Positions 45,201-54,164 of a DNA stretch of 57,773 bases are shown piece by piece. The translations under genes were made by a program, and so were the position numbers. The notes under the pieces were generated by a model. It worked only from the letters and a program-made list of their open reading frames with translations, was not told where the DNA came from and ran no database searches. Each line of letters begins with the position of its first letter. Position 1 is the first letter of the stretch. This DNA is from an uncultured bacterium (GTDB lineage Bacteria; Verrucomicrobiota; Kiritimatiellia; CAIKKV01; CAIYGI01): assembly GCA_903925685.1 (NCBI GenBank), contig CAIYGI010000186.1:1-57773 (forward strand), read 5' to 3'.

Positions 45201-45565
45201 GATTGATGCAGTCATTTCTGGCGAGCACGAACCTGCCGCCCGACATCCTAATGGCCTTGGCCCGCTTGTCCGGCAACGGCCGCCGCTGGCCGCTGGCGGA
45301 ACGGGCGCTGCGCCGCTATCTTGCCGCGACGCCGCGCGATTTCAAGGCGCACATCGATCTGGCCTGCGCGCAGGGGGCGCTGGGGCAGGGCGCGGAGGCC
45401 ATGGCCTCGCTGCGCGAAGCCGTCAGCCTGGGCGGCGAACCCGCGCGGGCCATCCTGCGTACGGACCAGCGCCTGGCGCCGTGGCGCGGCAACCCCGATT
45501 TCGTCCGCCTCGCGCAACCATCCCATCCTCAGTTCGACACGGGTATGCTGCCGTTTGGACAATGA
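42281..45565 (+). CDS. DUF2723 / TMEM260-like GT-C membrane glycosyltransferase with C-terminal TPRs
   Basis: APEVTLQDSGEL..GVPHPPGYPLW, NHQT, NPPMNWG, many TMs, EAEYAFRQS TPRs. Confidence 0.85.
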   Translation: MKPSNRKPAGKGKATDASRQPLPSNPMPPPAALDQPDIGHFFRAEDWWAAGVAFAIALAAFYRFMAPEVTLQDSGELVTGAFTFGVPHPPGYPLWAFVAFLWSHLVVPFGNPAWRIGTLSVVTGALVVGVMTIMMTRSIRVLLSSLPWAESIDRRLQHWMAITIGMSTALLFGFNRGVWLWSCVSEMRVLNVFSFVLMACTFFAWMIQSARRGFLYATILIFGLSMTNHQTVTVMAGALVMGTLAEGIDRFFRRRASLPVKGGPGTFSQLMTALSTFWELTAAVLFSAAAGFLLFAWLRAGITGSVTEQPDFLKTVSLLVAGGVVLAVGMFYGWVKLRQAMLYTALFLAGCAFYLYMPLASGTNPPMNWGYAATREGFLHSITRGQYESLQMADLFSAVFFTKIKVFILALAQQYTWPLCLLGLLTIVVAAVWVAIHLKRRRWLLVVWALSFAALLIGLSVLRALNSNPAVVDSGWLVLFWAFSMATLLCLLIGIWLYLRWPGGSWLIFVWTAFFVTSFGLLTIINPKLDRQEQEITIKFFAPAHGFFAMLIGYGIVVVLSLVARLRGAAAGIVVRVACLALLALPVITYRNNWKLCNLKDYDYGYYFGYWMFNPGGGYPPMERDSVLYGGTDPGRFVPTYMIFCESRVPARDRFFDKNFDRSDVYIITQNALADNTYMNYIRDQYDFSRPSNTDRLQRWLGRDHVYPREPIHIPSPDDGNSAFRNYMDEVQSGRIPPSADVKIDNGHITVQGVGGVMAINGILARWIFDQNKEKHAFYVEESYVINWMYPYLRPSGIIMKIEKEPLASPQVNPGLWTNIVAQDRAYWDNLSATFLKREDFRRNNDARKTFSKLRSAIAGIYLYRGLWKEAEYAFRQSMELCPESPEASFRLIDMLNQQHRYTEAKGLAQNYLALDEYNDNAKNQVNAIAEMERCDARRRDLEPLIQNGQVDVNMALELASLYQRLNMVGQFDGLMQSFLASTNLPPDILMALARLSGNGRRWPLAERALRRYLAATPRDFKAHIDLACAQGALGQGAEAMASLREAVSLGGEPARAILRTDQRLAPWRGNPDFVRLAQPSHPQFDTGMLPFGQ

Positions 45566-45611
45566 CGTAAAGCGTATCGGCGTCGCTTGACCATACGGCG
45601 GAAGTTTTGGC

Positions 45612-46142
45612 ATGGTCTTGCGCATGTCCGCCATCGATGCCGCCGCCACGCCGATTTCCGGAACGCTGCCCTGGACCCGCCGTTGCTTTGTCTGCGGGGA
45701 GTCCAATCCTCACGGGCTGCATCAGCATTCCCGCATCGAGGGCGAATGGATCGTCATGGACTACACCCCGCGCGAGGCCGATCTCGGGTACAAGAGCATC
45801 GTCCACGGCGGGATTACAATGACGATTCTTGACGAAGTGATGACCTGGGCGGCGATCGTGTCGGCCCACCGGGGCTGCGTCACCGCCGAGATGACCATGC
45901 GCTTCCGCGCGCCCATTGCCATCGGCGAGCCGCTGCGCTTTGCGGCCCGTGTCATCTCCGCCAAACGGCTGCTGATCCGCACCGAGGCGCAGGTTACGCG
46001 GGCGGACGGGAGCATCGCCGCCACGGCCGCCGGCGTCTACATGCCGATGGCCGCGTCGCAACTGGCCTTCAACGCCGAGGATTTCGTCGTCCACCCCGAC
46101 GCCCTAGATCCCCGCGCGCTCTTCCGCGGGGATGAGCGGTAG
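45612..46142 (+). CDS. PaaI family thioesterase
   Basis: CFVCGESNPHGL, VHGGI..ILDEVM hot-dog motif. Confidence 0.92.
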   Translation: MVLRMSAIDAAATPISGTLPWTRRCFVCGESNPHGLHQHSRIEGEWIVMDYTPREADLGYKSIVHGGITMTILDEVMTWAAIVSAHRGCVTAEMTMRFRAPIAIGEPLRFAARVISAKRLLIRTEAQVTRADGSIAATAAGVYMPMAASQLAFNAEDFVVHPDALDPRALFRGDER

Positions 46143-46374
46143 CAAGAGGGTGTTCAGGGTTCGGTTTGGCCTCTGGCGCAAAATACGGCAGCGACCGCGC
46201 ATCGGTAAATTGTAGCTTTTTCGATAGCGTTTCCCCGACTTTTCCAGGAAATTCACCCTTAATGGCAAAATTTCAGAAAAGACTAGACTCGCCGCGGCGC
46301 ACTGTTCATAATCAGGATTATAAGGTTAGAAGTCGGTATGGACCTGCTGCAGGGCGACGCAGGTCACCGGAACT

Positions 46375-47034
46375 TTGATGACCAATGGCGGCATGATCGG
46401 CGTGTCGGCCGGGGACGGCACCAATTACACCTTCGGGTCACGGAGCCAAGCCGGCAGTCTGAGCAACGTCCAAGACGCCGTGTATGCAACACTGCCGCCG
46501 GGACTGATCCTCGCGCCCGCCTCCGGTGTGATCACCGGTACGCCGCAGGTCGCTGGGACGTGGAGTGTAATGTTCAAGGTGACGGACTCTTTCAACGTTT
46601 CTACCAACAAGATGCTGCCGATGACCATCTGGGACGACAGCGACGGGGACGGGATTCCCGACTGGTGGATGTACCTGTATTTCGGCCATCCGACGGGGTT
46701 GTCGAACGATCTTTCGCGTGCGAACGACGACGCGGATCGGGACCGGATGCCGACTTGGGCGGAGTATCTGTCCGGAACCATTCCCACGAATCGCGATTCG
46801 GTCCTGAAGGTTGTCGGCATTGGTTCGGCGGTTGACGGCGCTGGGTCTGTGGTGCGCTGGCAAAGCGTGGACGGCAAACTCTACCGGCTCGAACGCGGCA
46901 CCAATCTGATGGACAGTTCGCCCTTCGGCGTCCTGGTGCGGACCAACATTCCAGGCTATTCTCCCATGAACACGGAAACCGACAAGACGGCCGTGGGCAA
47001 TGGCCCCTGGTTCTATCGGATCAGGCTGGAATAA
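46375..47034 (+). CDS. Putative Ig (He_PIG) domain + DxDGDG repeat + C-terminal FYR domain; probably the tail of a larger surface protein
   Basis: LPPGL.L...SGVITGTP..AGT, DSDGDGIPDWW, EYLSGT.PTN, C-terminal WFYRI; no signal peptide. Confidence 0.65.
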   Translation: MMTNGGMIGVSAGDGTNYTFGSRSQAGSLSNVQDAVYATLPPGLILAPASGVITGTPQVAGTWSVMFKVTDSFNVSTNKMLPMTIWDDSDGDGIPDWWMYLYFGHPTGLSNDLSRANDDADRDRMPTWAEYLSGTIPTNRDSVLKVVGIGSAVDGAGSVVRWQSVDGKLYRLERGTNLMDSSPFGVLVRTNIPGYSPMNTETDKTAVGNGPWFYRIRLE

Positions 47035-47106
47035 GGGGGGGCGTAGATTTGGTCGAGTCGGCGAGCCGCTGCGCTTTGCGGCTCGTGTAATCTCCGCTGT
47101 AACCGA

Positions 47107-47811
47107 CTAACCGGACTTTCGCTATTCGAGGGGTTGAATGTCGTAAATCCTCGACAATCAAGGTATTCTGTTCTTGAAAAGTCTGTAGCCACTATGGCAT
47201 TTCGAGCGATCCGGCGGATGTGATCCTTGGCGGTGTTTGCGGTGGCAGTTTCCAGCCCAGCGCGTCAATGACAAGTTGCTGGTCAGGTTCTGGTTTCGTG
47301 TACCTTGAAAACACCAGTTCACGCCCATCCGTGGTTGGGAAGTGAACATCGAGCATTTGAACGGCGGCGAGTTTTTCCAAGGCTTGGCGGGGCGTAAACC
47401 CCGGCGCGTGGGCCGCAAGCAAGGTTTTCAGCGTTATGTGAAGGCAGTAGGCGATGAACGCGACGAGGATGTGACCTTCGATGCGAGGCATTTCCTGATG
47501 AAAGACCGGGCGTAAATCGAGGTCGCCCTTGAGCGTCATGAAGGCGATCTCCACTTCGCCAAGTTTCAGGTAAAACTCCCAGAGGTACGCCGGGTCTCCC
47601 TCGATGATGTTCGACCGCAGTAAGTCTCTGCCCTCTCGGCGGCGGCCTTTGCGCAGCGCGTCCCTGTCGATGTCATACGTGAAAGTGGCGGGTGTTTTCG
47701 GCCCGCCGTTTTTGGGAAGGCCTGGCAGCGTGACGGTGACGAATCGTGCGTCGCGTCCCGCCTCATGGCGGACTGCGCCGATTTTCTGGAGCAAGGTCTC
47801 GTAAGCGATGG
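47107..47811 (-). mobile_element. IS1634-family (IS4 superfamily) transposase 3' remnant with probable right end
   Basis: EGR.LLRSN, LWEFY..L.EVE.AF..LK.DL.LRPVFHQ..RIEGHI.VAF; end motif GCGAAAGTCCGGTTAG; 5' part missing. Confidence 0.8.
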
Positions 47812-47839
47812 CTAGCACCTACCACCTAGCACCTTACCC
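47812..47839. repeat. Heptamer array (CTAGCAC/CTACCAC) between the pheT stop and the IS break point
   Basis: Four units. Confidence 0.75.
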
Positions 47840-47840
47840 A

Positions 47841-50279
47841 TCAACCCGCGCGAATTTCCGCATGCAGTCCCTTGGACACGGCTTGCATGACCGATTCGTG
47901 CATGCGGTTGGTTTCCTCGTCGGTCAGCGTTTTATGCGCGGCGCGGTAGGTGAGCGCGTAGGCCATGCTCTTGCGTCCGGCGCCTATGGCATCGCCCCGG
48001 AAAACGTCGAAGAGCCGGATGTCCACCAGTTCCTTGGGGGCCGCCTGGAGCAGCGTCGCCACCACGTCCTCGTGACGCACGGCATCGGCCACGACAAAGG
48101 CCAGATCGCGCGCCACCGGCGGATAGGCCGGTAGCGGGCGCGCCGCCGGCACGTCGAGCGCATGCGCCAGCAGCGGCGCCACGGCCATTTCCAGCACGGC
48201 GATCGGCTCGGTCATGCGCCACTCGGCGCGCACGGCACGGCTTACCACGCCCAGCCTTCCAACGGGCTGGCCGTCCAGCAGTATCGTCAGCGCCTGACCA
48301 GCTTCGAAAAGCGGCCCGTCGCAGCCAATCCAGTCGACGGCGGGCCGTCGCATGCCTGCAATTTCCCGGACAGGCAGACGCTGCGCGCTCCAAATCGCCT
48401 CGACAACGCCCTTTAATGCGCCAAATACTTCTTCGGCCGTTACCGGCGCGCGGGAGACGATGCCGCCACGCCCGACAGGTCCCAGCAAGCCGATCGCCAG
48501 GCGTTCCTCTTCCTGATAGACGCCGCCGGTCCCCCGGCTGAAAACGCGCCCGATTTCGAACAGCGCCGCCGCCGTTACCTGGCGCGCCTTGTTGCGGCCC
48601 AGAGTCTCGATCATCTGCGGCAGAAGCGAATCGCGCAAGATGGTGTGATCGGCGGAGATCGGATTCGGCAGCTTGACGCGGGTTGCCGGGTCGCCAACCT
48701 GGCACAGCCCCAGCAGTCGCTCGGAAACGAAGGAATAGTTCATGGCCTCGTCCAGTCCAAGCCCGGCCAGCCGCGCGCGCAACTGCTCGCGGGAGCGCGA
48801 TGGACGGTCGTCCGCCCCTGGGACTAGACGCGCCACGGGTGCCGGCGCCGGGATTTTGTCCAGTCCATGTACCCGCGCCACTTCCTCGATCAGGTCCACC
48901 TCCTGCTCCAGGTCCACGCGGAAACTCGGCACCGCCACGGTGCATCCGGCGTCCGTCGCGCCCGCCACGGGCAGCTCCAACGCCTTGAAAATCGCCATCA
49001 TCTCGCGGCTTTCGAGAGGAATCCCAAGCAGCGCCTGAGCCCTTTCCCAGCGCATCGCCACTGGCCGCGGCGCCGGCGGTACGGGATAACAATCGAGCAC
49101 GCCGGGCGCCACGGTCGCCCCGGACAGTTGCGCCATCAATTGCGCCGCGCGGCGGCTGGCCCATTCGCAATTGCCGATATCCACGCCGCGTTCGAAACGA
49201 TACGAGGATTCGGAGGCCAGTCCGACCGCCTTGACCGTTGCGCGGATGCCCGTCGGTTCGAAGCAGGCGCTTTCGATCAGCACCGTCGTCGTGTCGTCTG
49301 CGATCCCGCTTTCTGCGCCGCCCATGATGCCGGCCAGCGCCACCGGATGCGCGCCGTCGGCGATCACCAGCATCTCCGGCGTCAGGGCGTGCGCCGTTGC
49401 GTCGAGCGTGCGCAGGCTTTCCCCGGCGGCGGCGCGGCGCACGACGATGCGGGATTCCTTGAGCATGCGCAGATCGAAGGCGTGCAGCGGTTGACCGCAT
49501 TCCAGCATCACGTAGTTCGTCACATCCACCAGGTTGGAAATAGGCCGCACGCCGGCGGCCCGCAACCGGCGCTGCATCCAGAGCGGCGAGGGTGCGCTGC
49601 GCGCGCCGTCCAGCAGACGCGCGGTGTAGCGAGGACAGCGCGCGGGATCCTCGACCGAGACGCGTACACGCTCGCCGATCGGCGCGCCGGCCGCCGCAAA
49701 TTCCAGCTCTGGCCGCCGTACGTTCCGGCCGCAGAGCGCCGCCAGTTCGCGCGCGATACCGATCAGGCTCAGGCAGTCAGGACGGTTCGGCGTCACCTCA
49801 ACCACCAGAACCGTCTCGGGCAGACCCAGCACCTCGGCCAGCGGCGTGCCGGGCGCGGTATCGGGCGGCAGCAGCAACAGGCCGCTATGGTCATCGGAAA
49901 CGCCGAGTTCGTCGGCCGCACAGAGCATGGCCGACGACGAGACGCCGCGGATTTTAGTGGCCGCGATGGTCAGGCCGTTGGGCAGCGTGACGCCCAGCCG
50001 GGCCAGCGCCACGCGGGCGCCGGCTTCGAAATTGGACGCGCCGCAGACAACTTCCATTTCCGCCGTGCCGTCGAATACCCGGACCAGGCGCAGGCGATCG
50101 GCGTTTGGATGTTTGGCGATCGCTCGCACATCGGCCGCCACCACGCCGGGGCAGGACGCGCCGATGGTTTCGATGCCTTCGACCTCGGTGCCGGAAAAGG
50201 TCAGGCGCGCCGCCACGTCGGTCGGAGCGATACCGCTCAGGTCCACATATTCTGCCAGCCAACTCAGGGGGATTCTCAT
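47841..50279 (-). CDS. pheT: Phenylalanine--tRNA ligase beta subunit
   Basis: MRIPLSWL, HPNADRL, TPNRPDCLS, RFERGVD, DLIEEVAR, FDX-ACB tail. Confidence 0.97.
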   Translation of the reverse strand: MRIPLSWLAEYVDLSGIAPTDVAARLTFSGTEVEGIETIGASCPGVVAADVRAIAKHPNADRLRLVRVFDGTAEMEVVCGASNFEAGARVALARLGVTLPNGLTIAATKIRGVSSSAMLCAADELGVSDDHSGLLLLPPDTAPGTPLAEVLGLPETVLVVEVTPNRPDCLSLIGIARELAALCGRNVRRPELEFAAAGAPIGERVRVSVEDPARCPRYTARLLDGARSAPSPLWMQRRLRAAGVRPISNLVDVTNYVMLECGQPLHAFDLRMLKESRIVVRRAAAGESLRTLDATAHALTPEMLVIADGAHPVALAGIMGGAESGIADDTTTVLIESACFEPTGIRATVKAVGLASESSYRFERGVDIGNCEWASRRAAQLMAQLSGATVAPGVLDCYPVPPAPRPVAMRWERAQALLGIPLESREMMAIFKALELPVAGATDAGCTVAVPSFRVDLEQEVDLIEEVARVHGLDKIPAPAPVARLVPGADDRPSRSREQLRARLAGLGLDEAMNYSFVSERLLGLCQVGDPATRVKLPNPISADHTILRDSLLPQMIETLGRNKARQVTAAALFEIGRVFSRGTGGVYQEEERLAIGLLGPVGRGGIVSRAPVTAEEVFGALKGVVEAIWSAQRLPVREIAGMRRPAVDWIGCDGPLFEAGQALTILLDGQPVGRLGVVSRAVRAEWRMTEPIAVLEMAVAPLLAHALDVPAARPLPAYPPVARDLAFVVADAVRHEDVVATLLQAAPKELVDIRLFDVFRGDAIGAGRKSMAYALTYRAAHKTLTDEETNRMHESVMQAVSKGLHAEIRAG

Positions 50280-50296
50280 GGTAATGTCGCGGCCGT

Positions 50297-51316
50297 TCAG
50301 GCCAGCGCCTCCAGCCAGCGCGCGTCGTTGTCGTAGAGCAGGCGGATATCTTCGATGCCGTACTTGATCATGGCGATCCGTTCCACGCCCATGCCGAAGG
50401 CGTAGCCGGTGACAGTTTCGGGATCGTAGCCCACGCGGCGGAAGACCTTGGGATTGACCATGCCGCAGCCTGAAATTTCGATCCAGCCGCTCTGTTTGCA
50501 AACCCGGCAGCCTGTGCCGTGGCAGACATGGCAGGAGAAATCGTACTCCACGCTCGGTTCGGTGAAGGGGAAGAAGTGCGGACGGAAGCGCACGTTGATG
50601 TCGGCGCCCATCATCTCGCGGGCGAAGTAGGTGATGTCGCCCTTGAGGTCGGCCATCGAGACCGTGCGGTCCACATAAAGTCCCTCAATCTGGTGGAAGT
50701 TGGCGCCGTGCGTGGCGTCCGCCGTGTCGCGCCGGTAACAGCGGCCCGGGGCGATGATGCGCACCGGCGGCGGCTGGCTTTCCATGACGCGGATCTGCAC
50801 CGGCGAGGTTTGCGTGCGCAGGAGCCGGCGGCCTTCCAGCCAGAAAGTGTCCTGAGTGTCGCGCGAGGGATGGTGCGCCGGGGTATTGAGCGCGTCGAAG
50901 TTGTGGTACTCGTCCTCGATGTCCGGTCCGTCGGCCACGGTGAAACCGAGCCTGGCGAATATGCGGATGGCCTCGGCGATGACCTGGCTCACGGGATGGA
51001 TCGAACCCACGCGCCGCCAGGAACCGGGCAGCGTCGCATCCCAGGCGGACGTCTTGCCCGCGTCCGCTGCCGCGTCCAAAACCGCCTTGCGCGCCTCCAG
51101 CGCCGCCGTCAGCGACTGCTTGAGTTCGTTCACGGCGCGGCCCAGGGCCGGCCGGTCCGCGGGCAGTGCGCTCTTGAGCGATTCCATGATCGTCTGCAAC
51201 TGACCCTTGCGTCCAAGGTAGCGAACGCGCACCGCTTCAAGCTCGGCCGGCGCGCCGGCGTCCGCCACCTCCGCCAGCGCCTGCGTCTGTACCGCCATCA
51301 GTTCCTGTACATTCAT
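50297..51316 (-). CDS. pheS: Phenylalanine--tRNA ligase alpha subunit
   Basis: HPSRDTQDTF, LRTQTSPVQ, FHQIEG, FPFTEPS, AFGMGVER. Confidence 0.98.
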   Translation of the reverse strand: MNVQELMAVQTQALAEVADAGAPAELEAVRVRYLGRKGQLQTIMESLKSALPADRPALGRAVNELKQSLTAALEARKAVLDAAADAGKTSAWDATLPGSWRRVGSIHPVSQVIAEAIRIFARLGFTVADGPDIEDEYHNFDALNTPAHHPSRDTQDTFWLEGRRLLRTQTSPVQIRVMESQPPPVRIIAPGRCYRRDTADATHGANFHQIEGLYVDRTVSMADLKGDITYFAREMMGADINVRFRPHFFPFTEPSVEYDFSCHVCHGTGCRVCKQSGWIEISGCGMVNPKVFRRVGYDPETVTGYAFGMGVERIAMIKYGIEDIRLLYDNDARWLEALA

Positions 51317-51570
51317 AATCGTCTACCCCGCCTCTGAATGGGGTGACTCTACCAGACTCCCGCTTTCGTGAAAATGCCGAAAACCAGCGTCGAAGCCATG
51401 CGTGGTGTATGGCCTTCCGCGGGGGGAAAATTCTGATGTCAAAAAAAGTGCGACGGAGAAAACCACGAGTAAGCGTTGTGTGCTTTGCCCCGGATTCCGC
51501 TTGTCTTTCCAGTGTTGCACAGTATAAGTTCGATGCACAGGCAGAACGAGCGATAAGAGAACTGACAACA

Positions 51571-53634
51571 ATGGCAACACCAGCAGAAACGGACACTGAG
51601 TATTCCTCATTCCTAGGCCAAACCCTTGTGCCGAAAATGTCAAGAGCGCCATTGGTCGTTGATTTGTTCGCTGGTTGCGGTGGGCTCGCGCTTGGCTTTG
51701 AAGCCCAAGGATTTGAGACGCGCGGTTACGAAATGAATGCCATATGCTGTGCAACCTATAGGCGAAATCTTCGCAGCGAGTGTATCAATGTTACGCTCAC
51801 CCCAGAGTCGGCGCTGCCTCCGGCGCTTGTCTTGATCGGTGGTCCTCCTTGCCAACCCTTCAGTGTTATCGGCAATCAGAATGGATTGAGCGACTCCCGG
51901 AATGGTTTCCCAGTGTTCATTGAGGCCGTCCGGCGGTTGAATCCAGACATATTCCTCTTCGAAAATGTCCGCGGTTTAATTTACCGAAGTAAACCATACT
52001 TCGACGAGATTCTTCAGAAACTGAAAAAGTTAGGGTACGTCATGGAATATCAGTTGCTTAATGCCGTGGATTACGGTGTGCCTCAGCGGCGTGAGCGCCT
52101 GATAGTCGCGGGGCATCGGGGCGTTTTTTCATTTCCCAAACCATGTGCGAAACGTGTGACTGCCGTTGAAGCTCTTGGCGGTTTGGCGATGACTGCACCG
52201 CCGGAATCGCGTTTTCTTACAAAGAGTATGGATGAGTATATTGCACGGTACGAGGCGGCTTCCTCCTGTGTCACGCCACGCGATCTGCATCTTGACGAGC
52301 CAGCCCGTACGCTCACCTGTCGCAATCTTGCCGGAGCGACTTCGGATATGCACAGAATCCGGCTTCCTGATGGCAGGCGGAGACGTATCCTGCCGCGTGA
52401 GGCAGCACGTCTGCAATCTTTTCCGGATTGGTTCCAATTTGAGGGAACGGAGACGGAGGTGTTCACTCAGATCGGAAATGCCGTACCCCCGATGTTGGCG
52501 TTTCATCTGGCTGGCGCTGTCCGCGAGTATCTGAATACAAAGGAACGGCTTTCGCCTTCGGAAACTCTTTACAGGAACCTGCCGTCGCAACTTGAGCTAA
52601 GTCTGGTACACGAGCCGAAGGAGAAATACATGACGCAGTTTGTGAAACTTCAAGGGAAGAAGCGACAAACGGAGCGGGTGGTCAACGAGGCTCTGCACAT
52701 CCTCGCGGCACTCGGAATTCCATTCCAAGGTTTGTCGGAGCGGAGACTCGAGAAAATGGCAATGGCGTTTCTTGCTGTTTGCGATGTTCGCAAGCCGGGT
52801 GTTTGGAGCACAGTCAAGGACTCATCGTCAGGCCGGGTTCTTACAAGCCGACAGATCATTGAGTATGTCAACTCGCACTTTGAGGAAGACATCTCCAGCG
52901 GATCGTATGACGATATTCGCAGGAAGGATCTTAAACTGCCTACTGTGGCGGGCATTATTCTCAAGAGCGCGAACAATCCAGACGCCTCAACAAACAACCC
53001 GACACGGGCATATGCGCTCAGTCCCGCCTATGCTCCGACAGTGAGAGCATATGGAACGGACGGGTGGGAATCCGATGTGGCGGACTTCCTTTCCGGTCGC
53101 GAGACCCTCGGCGAGAGACTCGACGACACTCGACCGATGAGTCTGATCCCAGTCACGCTTCCGTCTGGAGTGGTGTTACAACTCACCAAAGGGAAACACA
53201 ATCAATTGCAGAAGTCCGTAATCGAAGACTTTCTGCCCCGGTACGGCGAAGGATCGAAAATCCTCTATGTGGGCGATACTGCCAACAAATTCCTGCATTT
53301 GGACGCAACTCAACTGAAGCGTCTCCAGTTCTTCGAACTGGCTCATGAAGAGTTACCAGACATCGTCGCGTACAGCGAGCAGAAGAACTGGTTGTTTTTG
53401 ATCGAGGCAGTTCACAGTTCCGGTCCAATATCCAAGTTGCGACATGAGCAACTCCGTGAACTGACGAAGGATTGCACGGCGGAAATCGTCTATGTCACGG
53501 CATTTCTCGATCGGCAAACGTTCAGGAAATACGCGCCGGAAATCGCGTGGGAGACGGAGGCGTGGATTGCAGAAGCCCCGGACCACGTAATTCACTTCGA
53601 TGGCAAACGTTTCCTTGGACCGTATAAGCCATAA
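51571..53634 (+). CDS. C5 DNA methyltransferase fused in frame to a BsuBI/PstI-family restriction endonuclease
   Basis: DLFAGCGG, GGPPCQPFS, FENV, QRRER, EAARLQSFPD, QIGNAVPP; then GKHNQLQK..F.PR..ILYVGDT..LPDIV..LIEAVHSSGPI..IAWETEAW. Confidence 0.85.
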   Translation: MATPAETDTEYSSFLGQTLVPKMSRAPLVVDLFAGCGGLALGFEAQGFETRGYEMNAICCATYRRNLRSECINVTLTPESALPPALVLIGGPPCQPFSVIGNQNGLSDSRNGFPVFIEAVRRLNPDIFLFENVRGLIYRSKPYFDEILQKLKKLGYVMEYQLLNAVDYGVPQRRERLIVAGHRGVFSFPKPCAKRVTAVEALGGLAMTAPPESRFLTKSMDEYIARYEAASSCVTPRDLHLDEPARTLTCRNLAGATSDMHRIRLPDGRRRRILPREAARLQSFPDWFQFEGTETEVFTQIGNAVPPMLAFHLAGAVREYLNTKERLSPSETLYRNLPSQLELSLVHEPKEKYMTQFVKLQGKKRQTERVVNEALHILAALGIPFQGLSERRLEKMAMAFLAVCDVRKPGVWSTVKDSSSGRVLTSRQIIEYVNSHFEEDISSGSYDDIRRKDLKLPTVAGIILKSANNPDASTNNPTRAYALSPAYAPTVRAYGTDGWESDVADFLSGRETLGERLDDTRPMSLIPVTLPSGVVLQLTKGKHNQLQKSVIEDFLPRYGEGSKILYVGDTANKFLHLDATQLKRLQFFELAHEELPDIVAYSEQKNWLFLIEAVHSSGPISKLRHEQLRELTKDCTAEIVYVTAFLDRQTFRKYAPEIAWETEAWIAEAPDHVIHFDGKRFLGPYKP

Positions 53635-53648
53635 TTCATTGGCCGCGA

Positions 53649-54164
53649 ATGAATAAAACGGCCATTATCGTACTGGGCTCGCCGAATGACGCGCAGGGCA
53701 ATCTCTCGACCATCGCCATCGAGCGCTGCCAGCGGGGATTGGCGGAATACAGGCGAACGCCGGGCGCCAGAATCATCCCCACGGGCGGGTGGGGCGAGCA
53801 TTTCAACACCACGGTGCAGCCGCATGGATACTACACTGGGAAGTATCTGGAGTCCCACGGGGTTCCGGCGGGCGATATTCTGGAGTGCGTGGAGAGCGCC
53901 AACACGGTGGAAGACGCCCGGTTATGCCGGCCGCTTGTGGAACGTCACGGCATTACCGACCTGATTGTGGTTACCTCCGACTTTCACGTTCTCCGCGCGA
54001 GCTTTCTTTTCGAGCGTGAGTTTCCGAAAACCGGGCTGACTTTTTGCGGGGCAACGACGCATCTTCCGGCGGACGAACTTGCCAGGCTTAAGCGGCACGA
54101 GGAAGGCGCGTTAGCCAGACTCCGGCAAGCATCCGAACGTAGTTCACTGGACGACCGGCACTAA
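53649..54164 (+). CDS. YdcF/DUF218 family protein
   Basis: AIIVLG, IPTGG, SANTVEDA, VVTSDFHV.RA. Confidence 0.88.
   Translation: MNKTAIIVLGSPNDAQGNLSTIAIERCQRGLAEYRRTPGARIIPTGGWGEHFNTTVQPHGYYTGKYLESHGVPAGDILECVESANTVEDARLCRPLVERHGITDLIVVTSDFHVLRASFLFEREFPKTGLTFCGATTHLPADELARLKRHEEGALARLRQASERSSLDDRH

Noticed and set aside
51317-51570. pheS attenuator/T-box, or the 51323..51754 ORF
   Set aside because: No Phe-rich leader peptide or T-box motif was found, only a weak hairpin over the RBS; the ORF is antisense to the MTase start.
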